Origin: Vicugna vicugna | Lineage: Eukaryota | Length of the DNA stretch: 64,000 nt | Assembly (NCBI GenBank): GCA_013265495.1 | Contig: MU058557.1 | Location: 312,001-376,000, forward strand | Direction of reading: 5' to 3' | Shown here: in pieces, positions 1-18,800 of the stretch | Position numbering within the stretch: the stretch's first letter is position 1 | Layout: every line of letters begins with the position of its first letter | Made by a program: the position numbers and the translations under genes | Notes under the pieces: generated by a model | What the model saw: the letters and a program-made list of their open reading frames with translations, nothing else | Databases searched by the model: none | What the model was told of the DNA's origin: nothing

Positions 1-59
1 GCTTGAGGAGCAAAAGCAGCCACCCTGGAGGTGTGCAGGTAAGTAAGTGATATTTACAA

Positions 60-250
60 ATTACAGATTAAAGGTATTTCCAACTGAGAATTCTGCACCT
101 GGCCCAGCTGTCATGCAAGGATGAGGGTATAACAAAGATATTCTCAGATATGCACAGTATTAAAATGTATCTTCCACCCATTGTATCTCAAGAAGCTACT
201 GAAGGATGTGCTCCATTAAAATGAGGGTGTAAACCAAGAAACAGAGAGAC
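60..250 (+). mobile_element. Old L1 ORF1-region fragment
   Basis: caactgagaattctg...tattctcagatatgca...aagctactgaaggatgtgctcc resembles recalled L1ME/L1M sequence. Confidence 0.45.
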
Positions 251-2074
251 CAGCATTCGGACCCCCTGTGTCTAACACAGGAGGGGGAAGTGAGTTCCCA
301 GGGGCTTGTCAGGGGAGACGTCTGCCAGACAGCTGTGCCCTGTGAGCATCGGCTACCCACGTCAGACCGCGTGACACGAGAGATGGCACCTCTAGGGCAG
401 CTGAGGATGTGGCTTCCCCCAGACGCATCTGCTTGACCCATGCTGACCCACCCTGGAGGACGGGAGAGGGCTCTGGTGGGCTTGGAAGCAGAAATATAGG
501 ATGGCCCACGCCCCAGCTGGATGCCCCGCCTGTGGGGCCTGGACGCCCGTAGGCCACCTGTGTCCCTGCCGAGTGATGGCCCCAGAACAGCTCCTGAAAC
601 TCCCCGCAGCTTCCAGGGTACTAGCAACACGTCCGTCACGACCTGGCTCCTGTGTGTCCCTTTTACTGGTGTTCTTTAAACTGTACATGACACGGACCAG
701 CCCGCAGAGCTGGCACACAGCTCTTAGGAGGAAATCCGACACCGGTAGAGCAAAGGGACCCTCTGGGGACACGGGGCACCATGGAGACACCGAGCCTCTC
801 CCAGGTGATCTGCAGACCCAATGCCGTCGGAGTACACATGCCTGCCACTGGTTCGTCCCACCTGTTCTGACATTTGTGTGAGAAAGAGAAGGTCCATGAT
901 AAATGAGTTAATTGTGAAAAAACTGTACAATGAGGTATGAAGATGCGCTGGAAACCGCGGCAACGAAGTGGGGTGACGCTGGCGCAGGAGTCGGCCCAAC
1001 GGCACTGGATGGACAATGAAGGCTGAAGGCAGACTCCTGGCCACTTGCAGTCACTCACTCGTGTGGCCCAGGCCAGAGGCCCGAGGGCTCCCCTCCGGAG
1101 CCACTGAAAGGCCCAAAGAAAAGACCCCCGTCTCAGGTACTGGAACGTGGGGGCCCCGTAAGGGGGCGGGTCTGACAGCTTGCAGTGCAGCCCCGAGTTA
1201 ACAACACAGTCAGGGCTGCCCCCAAGTCCTGAACTCAAGGAAACAGAAACAGAGAGCGTGGGCCAGAGAAACCCAACCGTACCACCCCTCAGGGGTAAGA
1301 CACTCCCACCCAACAAGGATGTGCTGCAAAGAGAAAGAGGGAGAGAGAACAGACACCACGGGGTTAAAAACCTGATGGCAGAAACTTGGGGAAAAAACGA
1401 TGGATTGAAAGATGAAATGGAGAAACTCTCCTGCATGGCAGAACTGAAAGGCACAGAGTCGTAAATGCAAGGGAAGCTAAGACAGTAAGGGGCTCATTCA
1501 TGAGACTAAGCACCCAACTGATTGGAGTTCCAGACAGAAGAGAGAGAACGGAAGGGGACAGAGGATACAGGAAACCACTCACACAAGTTTCCCAAACGGA
1601 AGGGCGCGCGCTTCCAGACGGAGACGGTCACCAGCTACTCGGCCAAGGGTTGAGAAACCCAGTTGCAAGCAGGACGTTATGGAACTTGGGGACCCAAACG
1701 GTGTAGAGGGAAGGGAAGGTCAGGGATTGGGGCAGCTCAGCGGTCAACCTGACACGGGAAGCCTTCATCGTGGGAAAAAGTTTCCAGCCACGATTAACCA
1801 TCCGGTCAGTGAGGGGCTGGTGACATTTCCACACCAGTGTAAACTCCCAAGTCATCAGTTTCCATGAGGCATTTTGAGGATAAGGAGGAAGTGGACAGGG
1901 AAGGGGGAGGCATGGAGCCAGCGACCCTGGGACAGAACTCAGCAGGGAGTAGTGAGGGAAGCCCCTGGGTCCTGGACAAGGGGCACCAGCCCAGGGTCGA
2001 AGGAGGAGAGCCCCGGGGGCTGGCGCCAAGAAAAACTGCAAGGAGGACCAGGTACGTCGACCTTGGTGGGGGCA

Positions 2075-2529
2075 ATCAGTTCCCCCAGAGAAACAGAACA
2101 CGTGTGTGTATACACTACACGTGAAATAGGAGATATATATATATATATATATATATATTTATTTATTTATTTATTATGAGGAATTAATTGGGGCTCACGC
2201 AGCAGTTACAGAGACAGACAATTGCCCAGGTCCGCAGCCAGCTCACTGGAGCCCAGGGGAGCCGCTGGTGTGTGTCCCCGCCCGAGTCCGAGTCTGCAGG
2301 CAAGAGGAGACCGCAGTCCGAGCTGGAGGACCACGGCAGGGAGCGCAGACCCTGCCCTCATTCTGCTCTGTTCGGGTCTCCAGAACTGGATGAGGCCCAT
2401 CGCGTGGTGGGAGGGCATCTGCTTTCCTCAGTGCGCCTGTCGCCACCCAGACACACCCAGGATGATGTCCCGCTACATACCAGGGCACCCGTGGCCCGGC
2501 CAAGTTCATACATGAACTTAACCATCACA
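2075..2529 (-). mobile_element. ERVL LTR, MLT2-like
   Basis: Ends in ttaaccatcaca (reverse complement TGTGATGGTTAA, the MLT2 terminus); ccagagaaacagaac and internal (TA)n typical of MLT2 (recalled consensus). Confidence 0.7.
2133..2176. repeat. (TA)n / (TTTA)n microsatellite
   Basis: Direct reading. Confidence 0.9.
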
Positions 2530-3443
2530 GAAGAGGTGAGGATTACATCAGAAAATCACAGGTGCAAGGAAGGGTAACCTGAACGCACTTAATGCGCCAC
2601 GGGGTGCGCGCTCTCATAAAAGACACCGGCACCCAATCTGACTCAGCAAGAGATCCTGAGCTGGACACACCGGGGGAGAAGGCAAGGGACGTGTCCACAC
2701 ACAGGAAAAGACAGAGCCTCCCGGCCGCCAGGTGATGGCCCCATGCCATCGTCTGCACCCACACCCGCCCACCTCACCTCCTCTTCACAGGCCTAGCCTC
2801 AGGGTTGGGGGCGTTCACCCTCCCTGGGGTGTGCTCAGGGAAAGTTCTGTCCCATGCCCTCTGGTCCAGACCTTGGAGGTGAATAGTCATTGGTCCACAC
2901 AGTGAGAGCTTCTGGGCAAGTGTTCCCTCCTAATTTGCAGAGATACCCCTCCCTTCACCGAAGCTGCAGGATCTGTAGATGATGCCTGGGCCACAGCAGC
3001 CATGTTGTGATCCTGAGGCTGAGTAGGGGGCTGAACTGCCATGCATGGGGGAGGTGCTCTATGGACAGCTCCAGGGCCTCGTCCTTCCAGATTTCTCGTG
3101 TGAGACTGCCAACCCCGAGCTGTCTGAACTATTGGAGGTGGCTCTCCTGGCAGCCTGTGGCTGAGCTTGCCTGACCACACTGCAGGCAGAGGGAAAACGC
3201 TACCACCAATAAATCCAGAAACAGCTGCGCGAGCACACACCTGGAGGGACCCACCAGAAGCACAGCCTGAAGGGTTGACAGTGGCCACCACTGGGGGCCG
3301 AGGTGTGGAGATGGGTGGGCCAGGGACTAGCAGTTCTGGGTATGCATCTTGTGCTAATATTTAACATTTTTCTTTTTCCTGTTGCCATGTGCGTGCATCA
3401 CTTTGACAGAAATTAAAATTAACTGAAAAAAAAAATCAAAACA

Positions 3444-3531
3444 GGGGAAGGGTATAGCTCAGTGGTAGAACGCAGGCTTAGATGCACAAGGTCCTGGGTT
3501 CAATCCCCAGTACCTTCATTAAAAAAAAAAA
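3444..3531 (+). mobile_element. tRNA-derived SINE (vic-1-like)
   Basis: A box TAGCTCAGTGG, B box GGTTCAATCC, poly(A) tail, imperfect TSD aaaaat(g)caaaaca. Confidence 0.85.
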
Positions 3532-5624
3532 TGCAAAACACCCAAACCCAAACCACCACCCGCAAAAAACACCCACCCCCCACCAAAGTTCCCTAACTCA
3601 GTTGAAAAGAAAAGGCTCCTCTCTGCGCCCAGCAGAATCACGGGTTTTGTGTGGCCTCCGCTCCCTGCTGCTGCCCCTGGCACCCCCGAGGTCCCCAGAA
3701 GGTGGCCCTGCTGTACTGGGGTCCTCAGCCCCTTCGCTTAGCAAAGCAGACCTCGGCGCCCAGCCTAGCTGCCCTCTGCCCCCTGCTGCAGGGACGCAGA
3801 AGTTACGACTCACCCCCCACTTTCAGGGCAGCCTGTCGTCCGTAACCAGGTGGCCCGAGTCCGGCCCCTGCCAGCCGCCCCATGCACGCTCCTCCTCCCC
3901 TGGCTCCCTGCCTGTGAGGTATCATTCCTCCTCTGGGATGTCCATGGACCCCTACAGCTCACCGCTGTCACCCCTGGCGTCCTGCCCAACCCCTCACTCT
4001 GGGCCCGTCCTCAGGCGTCCCCTGCACCCCTCCTGCCACCAGCGCCTGGACTCCATGCCCACGGCCCTGGCCTTGACCCTCCGTGTCCCCTCTGGCTCAG
4101 CCTGTGTCTGGGCATTAGTTCTCTGCCTGCTGTGGACTCCTAGCCTCTGACTCCCCTGCTTCCTCCCAGGCTCCTGCTGCCCTTCATCCCTGGGGTCTGT
4201 CACATCAGGAACTAGCATCCTCATCTCTCTGGACCCACGGGCTGCCCACCACTCACTCTGGGGAAGGAAGGAAGGAAGCCAACATCCACCTATCCGCCTG
4301 CCCAGGCTTCTGGGCACTGCCCGAGGGCATCCTCCAGCCTGGCGCCACCAGGAAGCCCCAGGCACCAGGCTACCGGGATTTCAACCCCTTTGGGACCACG
4401 TGCAGCCACCCACTCCTCCCACCCTGGTCTGGACAGACGACCAGAGAAAAGGGAGTCAGCAGACCCCTCCCACAGGATCCTACCGGCTCCCAGGATGCCT
4501 CCCCCTGCCCTCCCCATGTCCACACCGTGATCCCCGGAACCTGGGAACGTGAAACCTTGCATGGCCGAGACGAGACTCTGTGAAGGACCGGAGATGGGGG
4601 ATCCTGGCGGACAGAGGGGGGCCAGCGTCGACAGGGGGTCCTTATGGGGGAAAGTAGGTGGGTCAGAGCAGAGGAAACAAGGCAGCAGAACAGGGCTGAG
4701 GTGCTGCTGCCGTGAAGACGAGGACGGGCGGGGGGCCACTGCCTCAAAGGCTGGAAAAGGCCGGGAACGGAGTCCCCCCCCAGCAGGCTTGCAACCCTAG
4801 GCACATCTTGGCTTTAGCGCAGTGAGGCTGCGTTGGGCTTCTGTCCTCAGAGCTGTCGGGTGACATCTGTGCTGCTTCAAGCCACCAAGTCTAGGTGGCT
4901 GTTTTGGCAGTGTTGGGGCCCTGACACCCAGGTCTCAGCAGGATCTCAAAGCCTCCACATTCCCAGATCCAGAGGTGGCTTCCCAGAGGGCCCCCTGGTG
5001 TCCACCAAGTCCCCCTTCCCCCGGAGAGTGGCCCTCCACGCAGGCTCCTCCTCTGCACCTGCTCCCGAAGGGCCCGAGGTCACCCACCTACATGGCCACC
5101 ACTCTGTACAACGGCCAAAGCCCCTCTGAAGGTCTCCTACTCTCCCTGGCCCAGGCAGCCACAGTGACCTCAGAGAGGCACGGCCTGACCACCATGCCCC
5201 TGCCTGGAGTCTTCCATGGCCCCCAGTGCCCTGTGAGAGGGCCCAGCACAGCCCTGCTGGCTGCCCCAGCACCATGGACCCCTCTTCCATCCTATCCTCC
5301 TCCTTCATCCTCAGGTGTCTGGGAACAGCACCTTCTCAGCAGGGCCACCCCACGGCCCAGCCCTCCTCTCCCCGAAGCCCTCTGAGCCCCCGCCCCAAGC
5401 TGCCCGGCACACAGCAGGCACTCTGGAAAAACGGGTGGACTCCTTTGTCTTTTCCCTGCTTCCTGTGTCTGACTATGGCCTCACCGGAGACGCTGCACTG
5501 CACCTCCTGCCCCAGGTCCACAGTTAGACCTACCATGACGGGTCCCAGGGTGTGTGGGAAGATGGGGCTGGGTGGCCGGAGGTGGCATGAAACATCCCTG
5601 AAGGGTCTCACTGATACACTTTTC

Positions 5625-6175
5625 CTTAAAAAAAAGTTGAACTAAAATCCACATCACCTTAACCATTTCACCTTGGAGGCTTCAGAGGCCTTTAGTACAT
5701 TCACAACATTGTGCAAGCATCACCTCTTGTCTAAGAATGTTTTTGTCACTGTCCCCATTAAGCAATCACTCCCCACCCCTGGCCCTTGGCAACCCCTAAT
5801 CTGCTGTCTCCGTGGATTTACTTACTCTGGACACTTCACATAAATGGATCATACAATAGGTGACCTTCTGTGTTTGGCTTCTTTCACTCAGTCTTTAAGG
5901 TTCATTCATGTGGTAGCACATGTCAGAATCTCATTCCTTTTTATGGCTGCATAATATTCCAGTGTCTGGCTAGACCACATTTTGTTAATCTGCTCAGCAC
6001 TGGATGGACCCTTGGGTGGCTGCCACCTTCCTGCTCTTGTGCAGAGTAAAAGTATCTGTTTGAGGCCATCTTCAGTTCTGTGGGAGGACACCTGGGAGTG
6101 GGACTGCTGGGTCACATGGTGACTCTACGTTTACCTGCCTGAGGCCCTACCAGGCTGTTTCCTGCAGGGGTGGCA
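5625..6175 (-). mobile_element. L1 3' fragment
   Basis: Typical L1M 3' motifs (cttctttcactcag, ttcctttttatggctgcataatattcc); minus-strand translation INKMW...EYYAAIKRNEIL is L1 ORF2 C-terminal-like. Confidence 0.8.
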
Positions 6176-6699
6176 CCTGGCTGCTACTTTGAAGCACACA
6201 CGTTCTGCAGACTACATCGCAAGCTGCCTCAGCCTGCATGAACGTCAAATGTTACTTCCCCCCAAATGTGGGCAAAACACTGCTCTGTGGACGTGCTGAC
6301 TTTTCCCAGATGCTCCGAGCCGGAGCTTCTGGGGGCTGAGGGGCTGGGAGCAGTATTCCTTATGGCTCCTCCGTGGTCTGGGCCACTGCTATGCCAGCTT
6401 TGTGATTTGTCCTTGAAGGAAGTGGCTTGTGCTTGAGGGAGGGAGCCACCCCCAGGCCTCACGTGTCTGGGGTGGGCCCATCTTCTGGGATGGGCTCTCT
6501 GGTGGGTGGTCTCTCTGGCCCCAGCACACTCTGGCCAGGCCAAGGCCGGGGAGCACACGTCCCTACAGAGTCACAGGGGGTGATGGCTAGTCTCTTATGA
6601 TGCCCCTATGACCATGCGTCCCAAGTCCCCTGTCCTTGGGAAGTCCCCTCCCCTGGAATCTGGGGTGGCGGGGACTTACTTTCTGGCCCTTTGGATGCA

Positions 6700-7125
6700 G
6701 AAGTAATGATGCCATCGGGCACCTGGGGCTGGTCATGAGAGGCTTGGCCCCCGGTCCATGTATCATGTGCCGGAGAAGCCGCCACGGAAGAACCCCGCTG
6801 CTCTGAGACCGCCATGCTCGAGCAAGCCCCGGCCAGCCACATGGAGAGGCCGCACACAGGGAGCCAGCCAGCCAGCCACAGCTGTTCCAGCCAGCCAGCT
6901 AACGCACCAGGCTAGGGGCGAAGAACGCATCCTGGACGGGCATCCCGCTCAGCCTTCAGAAGACTCCACCCCAGCTGCCACCTGATAGCACCCCAGAGAA
7001 ACCCAAGGGGGGCTGCCCAGCTGAGCCAGGGCCATCCCCAGACCCGGAGAGAGAGGAACAGATGGGAGCTTTCAGCCATGAAATCTCAGGGTGCTCTGTC
7101 ACACAGCAGTAGACAATGGGGACAC
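6700..7125 (+). mobile_element. MaLR LTR, MLT1-like
   Basis: ccacatggagagg, cagccttcaga, ctgcccagctgagcc and acacagcagtagacaa motifs (recalled). Confidence 0.5.
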
Positions 7126-8203
7126 GGAGTTAATTTTAAGGCCACATGGCCAGCCCCACCTGGGCTACCCTCCCCAGGGCCACAGTCCAGGGAGCAGGCC
7201 AGGTCAGGGCCCAGTTGCCCGACCCTAGCATGTGCGCCTGCCCCTGGGTGGTGGCAGCGACCGCATCTGGAGGGGGTCTTGGGATCCACACCCAAGAAAG
7301 TGTGTGGCGGGACTTCTCGTGGGCGGGAACAGCAGCTGGCTCCTGAGGTGGAGGAGGGACAGCCCCAGAGATGGGGAGAGGCAGCTCCTCCCGGTGGGGC
7401 AGGTGGGGCAGGTGGACAGTCCAGCTGGAGCCAACTCCTCTCAGCCCCCAGGAACCGGGAGGGGAGGGCCTGGCTCTGCCTAGGCCCTGGCCCCTCCCCC
7501 AGCCCCCACTCAGGCTCCTCTGGCCAGGCCCTCTTTCCATCGCTCGCTCTCCTCTCACCCGGGGCTCCCTAGAGGAGTGTAGACTCTCCCCAGCCACCCC
7601 CCTCAACGTCCACGCAGTGACCGTGCGCGCAGCCCCAAGTCCACCTCTTCTCTCCTCCTCTCGCTGGCTCCACTAGGCAGCTATGACCGCCAGCTTCTCT
7701 CTTCAGGGCTTAGTCGCCCTTTCCCTCGAGGACTGTCCCCACCCCTTAATGACCAATCTTGTAATGTGCTCAACCGCGGTGGGGGAGGCATCCTCTCGGC
7801 TCATCCCCACGCCCCCCCACCCCCACCCCGCAAGCTGCACCGCGCAGCGATCTCTCTCCCAACTAAGTTCCAGCGATCACCTCTCAGGCCCGTCCCCTCC
7901 AGTCGTGCCCGCCCAGCCCGGCCGCACACTCGGCTGGCCCCCACCCTGCCGCGGGGTCCATTTGGCGAGCCCCCGACCTGCTCACACCCTGCGCGGCTCC
8001 GGGAGCGCCCCGCAGCCACCAGCGCCCCACCTGCAGGCAGGTGCTACCTGCGCGCTGGGCCCGCTGGTTTCCGCCGAGCCGCCCGTCCCGTCCCGCCCCG
8101 CGCGCACTGGGCATGCCCAGAGCCCGGTCACGCGCCCGCCCGCTCTAGTCCCGCGCGGACCCTGCCCGCGTCCGCCCCGGGCCCGGCTGCCCCGCGCGCC
8201 GCC

Positions 8204-15833
<7,630 letters not shown>

Positions 15834-15884
15834 GCCTCTAAGGGGTCTGTGTGGGGCTGGTCTGGCCACCTGCCCTGCTGACCC

Positions 15885-15890
15885 AATAAA
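15885..15890 (+). terminator. NUDT14 polyadenylation signal AATAAA
   Basis: Canonical hexamer about 50 nt after the stop codon, followed by GT-rich sequence. Confidence 0.85.
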
Positions 15891-18800
15891 GGCTGGTGTA
15901 GCTCTAGCCTGTGTTCTCTGACCTCGTGTGGTGGCCGGGGCAGGCTGGGAGGCAGGGATGGTAGGGTCTCCGTGAGAACCCCCAGCTCCACCAGAGCAGA
16001 AGCCTGGGCTGCGGGCCACGCAGGGAGCTATTGCGGCTGGCAGAGTGTCGCCTCTGGGGGCAGGAGAGGTTGGGGACTCACTCAGGCCCAGTGCTCAGGG
16101 CCCATTGGGCACTGGGCCACGGACAGAGCTATGGCCACGGTAGTGGCGGCTGAGCTAGCCGTGTCAGGAGCAGGTGCAGACCGCACCACAGGGTGTGTGC
16201 TCCTCGCTTCTGGGCAGAGGAGGGGTCCCCACCCTGACCAGGGCTGGGCCAGCACCCTTAGTAGCCCCTGTGCCCCCGAGTGTTGGTGTTGGGGTGTCAC
16301 CCCGCCCCCTGGACTTCATGCGGTGTAGCCCTGCACACTGTCCTGTCGTGGGGGTCAGGGACTGCGTGAGCTGCCCTCCATGACCCTGAGCATCTGGGGT
16401 CACAGGAGGGCTGAGTGCCGACTCAGCCAGGCACCCAGTGAGATCTCTCCATCCAGCGGGTGGGCTGGAGCCCACTGTGAGGAGTATGTGCTGGTCACCA
16501 TGGCTGTGGGCACTTGTGGGTGCTGCTGGGCCGTCCATTAGGGATGGGGGCCTAGCCTGAGGGCCAGGGAGGCTTCCTAGAGGGTAGGCCGGCCTGATGC
16601 TTTTTGAGGGTGGTGACCTGGCCTGGCCCCTCCCCAGAGCCCTCCAAATCCTCCAGTCGGCCCCTTGGGTGATGCCCTCAGGGATGAGATGGGGGCAGCC
16701 TGGGTCATGACCCACTGTTCCTGGGGAGGGCAAGGTGTCCAGGAGATGCTGCCCTGAGAGCAGGTGGGGACACCTCACCAGAACTGAGGTCCCCTTGCCC
16801 CACCCCAGGCAGGCAGGTGTTTGCTTTCCTTCCTGCTGGCCAAGGAATGCTTGTGGCTGAGCCCAGTGGGGAGGGGCACGGTGCCCACAGCCCCTGAGCC
16901 TGGCCTTTGAGGCTGCCCAAGGCAGCTGTGCCCAGGGGGCCCATTTGAGCAGCACCACCTGTATGCAAATGCCGGCTGTGACCCAGGTGCGGCCACCCAG
17001 GTAGGGCCTCCTGGGAGCCCAGCCAGGTGAGTGACTGCTGTGTGGGGGATGTGTCCAAGGGCCGCAGGGCTGGCGGGCTGCTGTGGGGTCCTGAGCAACC
17101 CAGCTCTGGCCTGTCCAGAGGAGGCCTAGTGGGCTGCCCTGGGCCCTGGGCCATCTGGAGAATTCCCAGGACAGGGGCTCTGCCCTGCCTAGAGCTGCCC
17201 CCCTGCCTCCCTCTTGCAGCCTGCCTGATGCCCACATCCTGAGCTCCCCTGGCCTCCTAGGCTGGCCTGCAGGCACTGCCCGCTGCCTCAGAGGGGCCTC
17301 TGGTGGGTACTGCGTGGGGCTGGGGTCTGCTCTGGGGAGCAAGGCAGGGCAGGAGGCAGGGGACAGAGCCCTTGGACTTGGGTGCAGTCCAGCCCCTCAC
17401 TCGGCTCTGCAGCCTGATGGGCAGGTCAGCAGGCACCACCGCTAGGCCTAATGGAACTGGCATCAATTTCCCGGCATTGGAGGGGGGGCTGTAACCGGAA
17501 ACTCCCCTCCCTAGCCACTATATTTAGCACCGCAGCACACGGGCGGAAGCGCAGCTCACTCCTGAGCCCAGCTGGCTCTGTCCAAACACTGGGCCGCCTG
17601 CACCCCAGCCTGGTCCCGAAGCCCCTGGCGGGGCTAAGCAGCCCCACCTTGCCTGTGCCTTGTCCAGCCTGAGTTCAGCACCTGCCCCAGAACGTGCCGG
17701 GAGAGCCCCCGCTGCTGGGGGGCTGGGAGAGGGAGCCCTCAGGCTGGGGGCGGGCGAAGCCGGGAGACTGAGGGGCGGTGTGGCCCAGTGGGCCCCAGAA
17801 CAATGATGATGGTCCTTCTGGAAGAGGCAGCCTGGTCCAGCAAGGGTGGAGGCAAGAGCCCTGGCTGCCACCGGATCTCCAGCCCTCTGGCCCAAGGGCT
17901 ACAGAAATCTCTGCAGGAGGGGACCCCAGGAGGGAGGACCCCCTTCTCCCAGCAGCCCCGGCGCCTGTCCCTTCCCTCAAGCGGCCAGCTTCCTGACTTG
18001 ACCCTCTTCTGGGTCCATGCGGTCCCAGCTGTGGCTCCTAAGAGGTGGGAGGGGTAAGGGGACCATGAACAGGAGGGGGTACCTGTGCACTGCAGGGCGG
18101 CACCTAGGCAGGGATGCAGGGAGCCTGTCCTCCTCCCCGAAGGGCCTGATTGGAGGCACAAGGGGCCAAGCCAAAGCAGGGCTGCTTAGCGGGAAGGGCC
18201 CCAGGCTGCATCCTCTGGCAGGTTGAGCTGGCTTCTTGAGGTGGGGTGACCGTCTCTCCCTGGTGCCTTCATGCCGAGACAGCTCTGAGCAGGGAAAGAG
18301 CCTTGGCTGAAATGCAGTAGCTTCTAGAGCCGGCGGCACAGCGAGCCCAGCGTCTGCCACGCCGCCTGCGAGCTAGTCCAGGCCGCCCCCCCCCACAGCT
18401 GGCCACGAGCAGGAAGCCTCGGAGGTGGACAAGGGAGGGGCACATGGGGGCCTGTTAACCGGAAGCTGCCTCTTACTCGTGCTGGAATTCCCCCCTCCTC
18501 AGCCTTCACCATGGCCAGGCCCTGGCCCGGCCACTGGCCCCTCTCATTCATATGATGGCGGTGGCTGCCTATGGCCACCCTGTCCCGACCTTGCCCCTGC
18601 TGCCCCTCCCCCTGCAGCCAGTGATCTTTGTGACAATGGAAGTCACCAACGCACAGCCCAACCCAGCTCAGCTGCTTTCTGTAACTTCCCGGCAGTCTTA
18701 GTAGGAAGACTTTAGTCAGGCAGGCCCAGTGCAGCAGCACTGACCACCACCTCCAGCCTCACCTAAGCCCCTCACCCTCTCTGCCTTGGCCACCTGTCCT

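Noticed and set aside
3444..3520. tRNA gene (also at 52890 and 61696)
   Set aside because: A/B boxes are present, but poly(A) tails, TSDs and divergence among copies indicate SINEs, not functional tRNAs
16963..16970. Isolated octamer ATGCAAAT
   Set aside because: A single 8-mer is expected by chance in 64 kb and has no supporting context
16164..17342. 392-aa minus-strand ORF
   Set aside because: Pro/Gly/Ala/Arg-rich with no recognisable domain; expected from stop-codon scarcity at high GC
17674..17694. REST/RE1 site
   Set aside because: Only the left half TTCAGCACC matches; the GGACAG half is absent
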